From Octopus bimaculoides (lineage: Eukaryota), in assembly GCF_001194135.2 (NCBI RefSeq), contig NC_068997.1, positions 56,437,578-56,501,577 on the forward strand: DNA of 64,000 nt, written 5' to 3'. The notes below the pieces were generated by a model, which worked only from the letters and a program-made list of their open reading frames with translations, made no database searches and was not told the DNA's origin. Made by a program: the position numbers and the translations under genes. Shown one piece after another: positions 1 through 9,905 of this stretch (positions are counted from its first letter, which is position 1; each line of letters starts with the position of its first letter).

Positions 1-218
1 TTTACTGACTCTTTCTATCTGCTGTAATAACTCACACATGTATCACTCACATACACACTTTTCTTTGTACGACGGCCTGTCTTTGATTATGTTCTTATAT
101 GTCGCATTCACACTCTCACACAGACATACATTCTAACGCTACAATAAATATCTCTGTTATTCATCTAATACGGTTGTGGTCTTTCATTACTGGTCATCTA
201 TGTTATCGTAGCATAACA
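1..218 (+). mobile_element. 3' part of an LTR (R/U5-like), truncated by the window edge
   Basis: Unique sequence with AATAAA at about 143-148 followed by a T/GT-rich tract ending in ...CATAACA (CA terminus typical of LTRs). The 5' end is not visible. Confidence 0.4.
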
Positions 219-429
219 TATCATGTATATCATCTTCGATATATTATTTTGTGTTCGACCGTGTGACACGTTTAAATAAAAGGAGTCCTCTGTTTTTCCA
301 TTCGTCACCATTGCTCCTTTTTGAGTTCGCACGGTCGTTCCTTACAACTTTGTACACTAACACATTTTTTTACTATTATCTACTTATTCCATGTTTTAAC
401 CTTGTTTACTATAATACTCTTTTTCAATA

Positions 430-930
430 TTTTTAGATTGTAACTCTATAATTATATTAATGTAGGGATTAGTTTACAGATTTTGTCTATTTATATATTT
501 TTTTATTTCTCATGTTTATGTTTATTCCTTGAATGATTTTAGGGATTTGACCTGAACAGTGACTGATTTTGGGAGTAAAATCATTTCCCCGTTCTAATGA
601 ACTCGGACAGAATTTGCTTATGATTTTATATAGTCCTATTTCAGCCATGAAAATCGCGTATTCTATGTACTAGCACTATCCTTTTACATTTATACTTCCA
701 TACTGTATATTATCGTATTAATTTTTACTGTCCAATTTATAAATTTGACATTTGATTTTTTAAAATTATTATTTATATGATTTATTTATGTAATATGTTA
801 TTTAATTTAAATTTTTTAGATTAAAATCTTAGATATATTAAGCATGGATTTGGACGGGTTCTGAGTTGACTGGGATGTAGAGTGGTGGTTCGTCCCTAAA
901 TTAGTTATATATATATTATATTAGGAAACC
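430..930 (-). mobile_element. Highly decayed Penelope-like element RT-thumb/linker remnant (tentative)
   Basis: Minus-strand peptides DEPPLYIPVNSEPVQI (about 892-844) and EIGLYKIISKFCP...PKISHCSGQIPKII...NKKIYK (about 645-490) loosely resemble recalled PLE motifs (KP-N-EPLYI-S-HP; IG-F-LI-KHFP...KISYSC...HNKKIL). Same strand as the HHR at 1083-1175. Confidence 0.35.
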
Positions 931-992
931 TGGTGTAATATACCGATTTTTGCCTGTAAGGCTGGAATAAATGTTTTATTTCCTAATATTAT

Positions 993-1038
<46 letters not shown>

Positions 1039-1082
1039 ATAATAATAAATGGAGCAAAACGCATGTCAATGAAAGTTCCTTT

Positions 1083-1175
1083 AATTCCTACATATATGTT
1101 TCGAAATACATGATAGTCCTTTCACAAATACGAAAGAGCTGTTTGGGTTCCTCATTTATTTCTCTTCAGGGAGTT
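1083..1175 (-). ncRNA. Type I hammerhead ribozyme motif with canonical core
   Basis: Minus strand: AACUCC / CUGAAGA (1169-1163) / stem II GAAAUA...UAUUUC / GAA / palindromic stem III ACAUAUAUGU (1099-1090) / cleavage nucleotide A (GUA, 1089) / GGAAUU closing stem I (5 of 6 bp). Confidence 0.75.
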
Positions 1176-1278
1176 CATAATAAAACATGTAATAGCAAGA
1201 CAAAAACGAAATTGACTTCAAGTATGTAAATGTAGTCAATAACCCGAGCTCCTTTTATTGAGCCTGGTCACAGTTTAT

Positions 1279-1374
1279 TTATGTTTGTTCAGCATCTGTG
1301 TCAAAATATCGCTTGTAGCAGCCGTTCTCTCGACATCGTTCACACATGCCTGACTTGGGCTTAGAAGTTACAGC
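1279..1374 (-). other. Candidate terminal coding exon (AVTSKPKSGMCERCRENGCYKRYFDTDAEQT*), unverified
   Basis: T-rich tract plus CAG acceptor at 1375-1376, 31 open codons, TAA, and AATAAA at 1279-1274 and 1259-1254. No homology recognised. Confidence 0.15.
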
Positions 1375-2121
1375 CTGAGTTGTTATAATTGTAAAAATTA
1401 AAAGTAATTCAATGTTTTCTTGAAACAATAAATTCCTGTAGAGATTAGGATTTAAATTCCAATCTATGAAAAGTTTCTGTTCTACAATATTATTAAAGGA
1501 ACGAAAGATTATCCGGCAACTTGGGCTTATACAAACGAGCCTGGCAGCTGTAAAGACTAACTGGCATCTCTTATCAAGAGTACAGGTGACAGTCAGATCC
1601 CTGATGTTTGTTGTGCACTTTGCTGTCCTTATACGATTGCTGTTGTTCTGTGCATCTGTGGGTAAGGATCAGTTGTGTTTTGCTGGGTTGCTTTATGTTT
1701 CCCTTAACTTAGAAATGGAGAAAGACATAGTGCTAGATATAAAAAAAAACAAGCCATTTGGGTCTAGAGATAAAGTGGGAAACATGAAATTCTTTGAGCA
1801 GGCAAGTGTCTTATGCGAAATTTGTGATGAGCCTGAGTGATGCTGATGATCTGGAGTCACATCTGATATATATATATNNNNNNNNNNGTGTGTGCGTGTA
1901 TGTATGTAATAAGAGAAGATAACATGGTCATAACACGGAGTTCCCTCATTCCAACAGTATTGAGCAACACGTGATGTCACACAATACATGCAATCAGTAG
2001 AAAGAAACTATTAGGTCACTATGGAGCAAAGATAATTAGCATTCAAGCTAAAACCTATGTGGTTTAATAGTCGCATGTTGGGTGCATCCAGCCACACCTA
2101 TCTTGTCTATCTATCTGTCTG

Positions 2122-2204
2122 TCTATACAGTTCTATATTTAAGAGATGAGGAATTATGTACATTATTTACATTTGACGGATATTTGTGCTCATCTTGTTT
2201 GTTG
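2122..2204 (-). mobile_element. 3' tail fragment of the HHR-bearing SINE-like element
   Basis: Reverse complement matches 5834-5921 (CAACAAACAAGATGAG...TCCTCATCTCTTAA.TATAGAAC). Confidence 0.85.
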
Positions 2205-2370
2205 CACTCTCAGAGTGGTTGGTGTTAGGAAGGGCATCCAGCTGTAGAAACTCTGCCAAATCAGATTGGGGCTTAGTATAGCCATCTGGTTCGCCAGTCC
2301 TCAGTCAAATCATCAAACCCATGCTAGCATGGAAAGCGGACGTTAAACGACGATGATGATGATGATGATA
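2205..2370 (+). mobile_element. SINE family A 3' part (GGAAGGGCATCCAGC...CGTTAAACGATGATG tail; Meta-domain-like)
   Basis: Near-identical copies at 5216, 60860 and 62250; (GAT)n tail. Confidence 0.8.
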
Positions 2371-3193
2371 TATATATATATATATACACACATATATATA
2401 TCTGTATACATACATATTCATACACACACACATATTATACACACATATATATGCATGTGTATATATACGTGTGTGCTTATGTTTACATGTATGTATGTAT
2501 TCAAAGAGAGAGAAAAAGTGTGTGAGAGAGAAAGAGAGATGTGAATGTGTAAATTCTTCAAATCCTTTCAGATTAGAAGTAGAGGAACCATCAAGTACAA
2601 ATGATTAAATGTTAGATTCCTGTAAGTATGGTTTTGTAAAAGATATTTCAGCTTCATTTTATTTGCCGATTCTTATTTGATGTGACAACCTAAAATATAG
2701 AGCCAACCTGCAATTGAATCTAATCATCTGATATGTGTTAATGAGCACAAAAATGATAGGATGCAATTAGCCATACATAATGTGTCATGACAGAAATAGA
2801 TTGCTAGATGTGTCAAAATGGTGCTACCAATTCGCTTGCTTCATATTGGTATTAAATATAAGATCATTTTCTGAAATTAATGACTCAACTGAATTATAGT
2901 AGACAAGTCAAATAATTTTCTGGGATAAAGAGGGAAAAATAAAATATGAAAAAAATAAATAATTAAAATAGATATAAAAATGATTGAAACAATACCATAA
3001 ATATGAAATTGACAGTTGAAAATGTTCCTTGTGTGTTAGAAACATTTGTAAAAATGTTACAAAAAAAAAAAGAAAAAACAGGAAAATTTTAGAAAAAGAA
3101 GAAAAGAAAGGATAAGTTGCGAGATTGTTGTCTGCTGTAACTTTTAAAAATAATTATCAAGTGAATAAAGCTAAATAATTATAACGATAGAAA

Positions 3194-3435
3194 CTAAAAC
3201 AACATCAATAACAATGATGATGATGATAATAACAATAATAGTAACGATGAACACAAACAACAAAAGCAACAACAACAATAATAATAATAATGATAGTGAT
3301 GATGATGATGATAAGGAAAGGAAGAATAATAGTGATGATGAGGATAATGATGATGCTGATGTGAAGGAAGGGTGGTAGTGAATGGTGTGGTGAAGCAGCT
3401 GGCGGTTAGGGTGGTAATCATGATGGTGATGATGA
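3194..3435. repeat. Compound trinucleotide microsatellite (AAC/AAT/GAT/GGT)
   Basis: Directly visible; the source of a spurious ORF. Confidence 0.9.
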
Positions 3436-5184
3436 TGACAAGGGTAGCATTAATATTGTAGGCTGTAAGAATGTAGTCGTTAAAATTGAAATAAAATCTA
3501 TCATTAAAACTTTCAAATAATTCAAGTTGCAGCAGCAGCAGCGGAGTGAACGTAATTTTAAAACTTCAAATATCGATTTGATTTTTTTGGTATTTCAATA
3601 TTTCAATGGTGCTATGAAGCCAGCAATCAAAAGGCAATTCTGCTAACCATTTAATGGTCATCAAGCAGTAATATTCGTAATTTGCTCTGTTATTTGCTTT
3701 TTGTCTTTGTTTTGATGCTTTTTAAATCATTATAACTATTACTTATGGTCCTTTGTAGTAATGTGTGATCAGAGAAAGGTGAAATCTATTTTTGATGATG
3801 ATTAAAAGCGAATCATCCAATCACAATAACTGCGATTGAACACGGCAAAATAAATTTCAGGCGCCAAAATGAATTGAACCAAAGTGGAAAACTTTATGAT
3901 CATCAGACCCCTACAAATCTCAAAAGATTTGTCCACCATTTTACTATATTGTGACGGTTGACCATGACACCTGTGACCAAGAAAGCAGAAAAAACATGTA
4001 CGAATGTTCAGACAGAGAAAACAATTACGACTATTGGGAAAAATCCAACCATAAATTGTGACTCAAACCAACAGAGGGAGGGGTGTTTATGTGGACACAA
4101 GTCACAATAGATGAAGTTATATCACAAGTCATAATAGATGTGATCATAAATCCTAAAATACTGTAGGTGTGTGTGTGTGAGAGAAAGAGAAAATGGGGGA
4201 GAGAGAGAGAGAGAGCTGTGTGTGTGTGCTTATATATACTTGTGTGAGATCATAGAGTTCTAGACTACAATTCAGAATAATGGCCACTGTTTTGTTTGAG
4301 ACTGAAACCGAAGTAAAAGGCAACAAAATATCCTGTGAATCCTGTATATTTTGCCTGGTGGAATTGAAGACGAAGAAAGAAGTTATATGGCCATATTTTG
4401 AACCACAATGATCCAAAATCTGAAATTCTTCAAGCTAGGAAAGCATAGAAAATCCCACACTTGACTGTCAACAGCAAGGGACCACTGATGTCAGTTTTCT
4501 AAAAGATGTGATGTAACCAGCAGCAAGGTAACAGTTAACTGTCATCTCAAAGAAGATATCAACAAATAGAATCTTGGAATAATCACCAAGGGAGATTTTG
4601 TCAAATGAAGCTCAGCCAGACGCATTATTCTAAAATGAATTTGACAAATGTTTGAAGAATAATAAATGTGAAGAACGTATCGTATAATTATACTGAAGAG
4701 TGGAATGTAATGAGTAGACAATTATCTGTTACTGCCTCACAGCAGCAGGAATTTATTAATGAAGACGTGTCAACATATTGCAACAGTTTGGTTCATTTTT
4801 GTTGAAATAGAGAAAGTGTGCCAAAATATGATAAGATATTATCGTAACTAACTGTCTGTTTGGCATTGCGACTTAAATATTTGGAAGAAAGAGGTGTGGG
4901 TGATTGTGTGTGAAAGAGAGAGAGAGAGAGGAGAAAGGGAAAGAGAGAGTTTTGTAGAGAGAGAGAGAGAAAGGAAAAAGATGTAGCAATATTCATGCCT
5001 CTCCTCAAAGTGTTAAAATTGAAAACTGGGAATTATTCACTCCAACAAACACAAATTTCATTTCCTGTTTAGTTTAATTCTTACTAACGACACTCTCAGC
5101 CTTATTTCCCATGTAATAATGTGTGTGTTGTGTATATTTGTATATCACCACACTCTCACACACACACATGCATATATATATATT

Positions 5185-5215
<31 letters not shown>

Positions 5216-5375
5216 CACTCTCTGAGTGGTTGGCATTAGGAAGGGCATCCAGCTGTAGAAACTCTGCCAAATTAGACTGGAGCCTGGTGTTGCCATCCGG
5301 TTTCACCAGTCCTCAGTCAAATCGTCCAACCCATGCTAGCATGGAAAGCGGACGTTAAACGATGATGATGATGAT
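5216..5375 (+). mobile_element. SINE family A 3' part
   Basis: Same sequence as 2205-2370; (GAT)n tail. Confidence 0.8.
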
Positions 5376-5477
5376 GTACAAGGTGCTCCTCAATAAACTA
5401 TATTTCAATGAAATCGGGTAATTGTTTAAAAACTCTCTTTTATTTGACGGATATTTGTCCTCATCTTGTTTGTTGTT

Positions 5478-5523
5478 GACACAACATTTCGGCTGATATA
5501 TCCTCTAGCCTTCATCAGGTGTC
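5478..5523 (-). ncRNA. Minimal type I hammerhead ribozyme (left copy)
   Basis: GACAC-CUGAUGA-A-GGCU(A)..(C)AGCC-GAA-AUGU-U-GUGUC: stem I 5 bp perfect, stem II 4 bp, loopless stem III AUGU (from ACGU), GUU cleavage triplet. Confidence 0.7.
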
Positions 5524-5785
5524 TTGGGGAAATTTCGAACCCTGGTTCTCATTTCTAAGGTATTTTTCAATATTATTATTATTATTCAGGTCACTGCTTG
5601 GAATTGAACTCGAAATCTTGGGGTTAGCAGTCTTGCATATTGCGTAGTGGTTAAGAGCGCGGGCTGCTAACCCCAAAATTCCAAGTTTGATTCCAAGCAG
5701 TGACCCAAATAATAATAATAATAATAATGATAGTAACAATGAAAAATACCTTAGGAATGAGAACCCAGGTTCGAAATTTCCCCAA

Positions 5786-5831
5786 GACACCTGATGAAGG
5801 CTGGAGGGTACATCAGCCGAAACGCTATGTT
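5786..5831 (+). ncRNA. Minimal type I hammerhead ribozyme (right copy, mutated)
   Basis: GACAC-CUGAUGA-A-GGCUG-loop10-CAGCC-GAA-ACGC-U-AUGUU: stem II is a perfect 5 bp; U16.1 is changed to C and stem I has one mismatch. Confidence 0.65.
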
Positions 5832-7479
5832 AACAACAAACAAGATGAGGACAAATATCCATCAAATGTTAATAATGTAAGTAATGTACATAATTCCTCA
5901 TCTCTTAAGTATAGAACCGTATGTGTTAAAAGTGTATAAATTTAAAATTTTCTTTATAATTTTGTAATTTTTATAATTTTATTTTCATTTCTGTGTAATT
6001 CAATGAGTTACCTTGAAATTTTGCTGAAAGCTTTAATTAAGATGAGTTTAATGAAAAAGCTTGTATTAAAACACCAGGAGCAACCTGTGGTGGGTTGGTA
6101 CCATAAAAGTCAAAAGTAATTTTAGTTGAATGCTGCAGGGAAATATTTATGGGGAGAATGGTTTGTAAAAGAAGAATGTTGGTGCATTTATTTGTGTGAA
6201 GGTATCACTTGCTACTTGCATATTTGAGAATCTGTGGATGGAGAAGTTTCTATAGAATTTTTAGTGAGACATTATGACAATGTTAATATAGAGAGAAGGA
6301 AATTGCAAATTTTCTAGATTCAAACTTACGAGATACACAAAATAAACAAAAGAGAATGATTTATGACTTAAAGCCTTAAGACCAAATATGGCCTCTCAAT
6401 AGAAATGAAAGCATAAACAAAATAAAATAGATTTCAATATGCAAAGTTAATCACACACACACACGTGTGTGGTATGTATGTGTGTACATGTGTATCTTGA
6501 TATGTATGTATACATACACAAACACACTCATATAATAAAAATACTTTCGTATCTAAAATATAAATATTTAACATGCTCTTTAAATTTGTAGCTTTCATAT
6601 GATGCTTTTATACACACACACACACCCCTGTATCTCTATTTTATCTACAACATTCAGATATGTGTATGTATACACACACACTCATATCTCTATGAATTCT
6701 ATATAAAACACTGATATAATTCAAGATTTAGTTTATAGCTGCTTTTGCATGTATTAGATTCACAAATTGTTAAAAGATTATCCGGGTAAAATTCACATAA
6801 ACCCATCTCTTCATATTCTTTATTCTTGTTCATGTGTGTATAATGTATCTGAACACATATTTGTGCCCAGGAAGAATATATTTACGCAAGGGGAAAAAAT
6901 AGCTGAGTAGTTATGCATCAAAAAATTCTCCCCTCTATCTAAACAGGGGTATGATTATATGTATTATATTCTTGTGCAGATATTTCCCTTAATCCTATTA
7001 AACAGTGTGACATTTGCACAAAATTAAATAATGAAATATTTCAGTGTGGTACTTAATGGCATTAAAATTTGACAAATTCAACAGCTTTGGTTAATTGTTT
7101 ATCTGCTTACATTAACTCCTTTAAAATTGCATTAGATAGGATTCTGCATCTGTTGTAAGTAAATGTGTTTATAAATGAATAATTCTGGTCAATATTTTGC
7201 AAACACTGACAAAACGGGAGATTTTAATTAACGTAAATGATGACATAGAAAAGAAGCAGATAACTAAAGAACAGCTTACAAAAGTTTAAATGCTATGTTA
7301 TTCCATTCAGGACTCAGTATGCTCCCCACTTTTCCCCCAGCACACAATGCTGTAGAGGAGTCTTTCAGAGAGGTCTTTAAAGTAATTTGGGATTGTGTCC
7401 TGTCTCTAAACTTGTGATGTATTTTCTTTTAAATCCAAAGTTGATGAAGCATTATAAATTTTCTTTGTTTCATATAATT

Positions 7480-7514
<35 letters not shown>

Positions 7515-7515
<1 letters not shown>

Positions 7516-7870
7516 TTCCTTCAGTCTTCAGACTGTGGCCATGCTGGGGCACCACCTCGAAGAATTTTAGATGAACAAATTGACCTTTTTTTTAATGCCT
7601 ACTACTTATTCTATGTTTTCTTTTACTAGCCTGCTGAGTTATGGGGATGTAAAAAGACCATCACCGGTTGTCAAGTGGTAGTGGGGGACAAACACGCACA
7701 CATGTACACACACATACATGACAGGGCTTCTTTCAGTTTCTATACAGTATAGCAAATTAACTCAAAAAGCTTTGGTCCTTCTGAGTCTATAGTAGAAGAT
7801 ACTTGCCCAAGGTGCAACACAGTGGGACTGAACCTGGAACCATGTGGTTGAGAAGCAAACTTCTTTTTAC
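7515..7870 (-). mobile_element. tRNA-derived SINE family C (decayed)
   Basis: Reverse complement has the ...CCACATGGTTCCAGGTTCAGTCCCACTG...CCTTGGGCAAG head; homologous to 27690-28010 and 43418-43530. Confidence 0.75.
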
Positions 7871-7874
7871 ATAT

Positions 7875-8530
7875 ATGGTCCCATAGATTCTTTTTTGCAT
7901 TCAGTTCAGGAGATAATGTGGACCGTTTACCCAACAGAGTTACAGCATTAGCTCTAAGCCAGTCTTTCACACATTTTACAAAATGGCAGTGTGCCATATC
8001 ATGGTGTTGTAATACAAAGGAATTATATGTGATCACAAGAATAAGCAACGTTTAGAGTTTGTAGTTTTATCTTGAGAATTACAGGATCTTGTGGGAATTC
8101 CCCATAAAAACTTACTGCACTATTAAAGCAACAAGACCCAATATGATTAAAGAGGACGAAATAAACTGTGTAAGATCAGAGATTTGCAATTCCCTCTGAT
8201 AGGAGAGTTGATAGTGAAAAAAATCGAGAATTCTCAGAATCTATCCTGGTTGCTGAGAAGACTGTGGACGACTAAGACAATAATTATTCCTGTTGAAACT
8301 GGTGAACTTGGCACAACACCCAAAATTCTACCTAAAAGAGTGAGAAGAATTGGAATGGAGACCTGTGTGGTGACCCACAGAGAAATACCTTCCTATATTC
8401 TGCAAGAATCCTACGGATGATTCTTGAGATTTGAGTAGAATGGTGGTCACTCAAAGTAACATTCCTGCTAATCAAATTAACATGTATTAGCTTAATAATA
8501 ATAATAATAATAACAATAATAATAATCTAC
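7875..8530 (+). mobile_element. R4/Dong-clade non-LTR retrotransposon 3' fragment (zinc knuckle plus restriction-like endonuclease) with (AAT)n tail
   Basis: Frameshifted peptides NVDRL..VTALA.S, ENYRILWEFPI, ATRPN(D)M, NLSWLLRRLWTTKTIIIPVETGELGT and SARILRMILEI* match the REL C-terminus. Ends in (AAT)n. Confidence 0.8.
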
Positions 8531-8956
8531 TATAATAATACTCTTGCATGTTTCTCCATCACAACATCTGAATGGGAAAGGAAGGGGTGATAGATGAATA
8601 AGGAAGGAAGGGGCGATGGCAAGCTGGTAGTGGGATGATATGGTGAAAAAAAATCAAACAGCATTTCAACTCTGTATGAGTATATGTGTGTGTATGTAAA
8701 AGGGAGGTATGTAAATGTTTGTGTGTGTGTGTGTGTACAAGAGAAGAATGTGAATGTATGTGTGAAGCAGCGTTCTTTCTGTAACAAATGATGATTGGTG
8801 TCTCAAGACAACCACTTGATAACATTGACAAGTGTGTTACTTTGAATTACCATCCATATTCTCTCTGTTTTGTTATAAATAATTATTACAATCACTCACA
8901 CCAACACAAACACATACAAACTCATTAGAGAAAATAGCAATGTTAATAACATGGGA

Positions 8957-9150
8957 TCACATAAAATTTGTCACACCTTTATTTATACAAGAGTGGCTGA
9001 GTTCATGGTGAAAAGAAAGTAATTCTATCATCAGCATCGTTGTCGTCATCATCATCACAATCATCATCATCATCATCATCATGATTGTGGACATTTTTTT
9101 CATTATTGTTGTTGCTGTTGTCATCATTGTCGTCATCATCATCATTATGG
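8957..9150. repeat. (ATC)n/(GTT)n compound microsatellite
   Basis: Directly visible. Confidence 0.9.
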
Positions 9151-9775
9151 GTTTGTCTTCTCTCAATTTTGTTTCCATTTCTTGCTGAGTGTCTTCCCAC
9201 TACCTAGGACAAAGACATTCACTGTATATATTTATTATTATCATTATTCATATGTCTTTATTTTCTTACCTGTAACTGAAATTAAGTTCTGCAAAATCTT
9301 GTAAAACCTTCCATTGTTGATGGATATTTACGAACACAAAAGCAGAAAGAAGTACTACAATAAAATTACTAGAGAACTTAATTTGTCAAAAGCCACAGGG
9401 GAAGGCAGAGCAAGGAGGTGAAGGACTTTTACAAAGGTTATTTATTTGTAAGGTTGACAGTTATATTGTGAATCTCTTTTAAAACGGTGGCACCAAACAG
9501 GAATGCGTACGCAGTTAAGTCTTTTAAAAAGCCATATTAACTGGAAGGGTTTTTGAAATAAACTTAATAAATGACAGTTAAACAATGACAATCTTTCTGA
9601 AGAAATTTCCTCTTCATCTAATGATTCCACCCGATTCTTATATTGATGTTTACAATACCATTTTCTCTATTTTGTTGGAATAATTTGTTGCTTCTTTTTT
9701 ATTTTTTGTGTTTTGGCTTTTCTTTGATTGTTCTTTTTATTATTATTCAAGGAGAGAAATGGCAAGCGAGTGATA

Positions 9776-9905
9776 GAAAGACCAGAGAATTAAACTAAAA
9801 GGTGATTCATGACATTCAGGCATGTTTCTTTACATCCCAAGTTCAAATTCTGCTGAGGTCAACATTAGCTTTTTATCCTCTCAGGGCTGATAAAAGAAGT
9901 ACTAG
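9776..9905 (+). mobile_element. CORE-type SINE, decayed 5' part
   Basis: GTTCAAATTCTGCTGAGGTCAAC...TTTTATCC...GATAAAA.AAGTAC; homologous to 56935-57166. Confidence 0.65.

Larger units (their letters stand above)
5444..5921. mobile_element. Head-to-head palindromic dimer of a tRNA-headed SINE-like element carrying a minimal hammerhead ribozyme
   Basis: Left arm (about 5444-5632) is the reverse complement of the right arm (about 5657-5866). The right copy has A-box-like TAGTGGTTAAG (about 5645-5655), B-box-like GTTTGATTCC, an (AAT)n linker, then the HHR. Confidence 0.85.

Noticed and set aside
4701-4722. TGGAATGTAATGAG resembling miR-1
   Set aside because: Diverges after 10 nt and has no complementary 5p arm.
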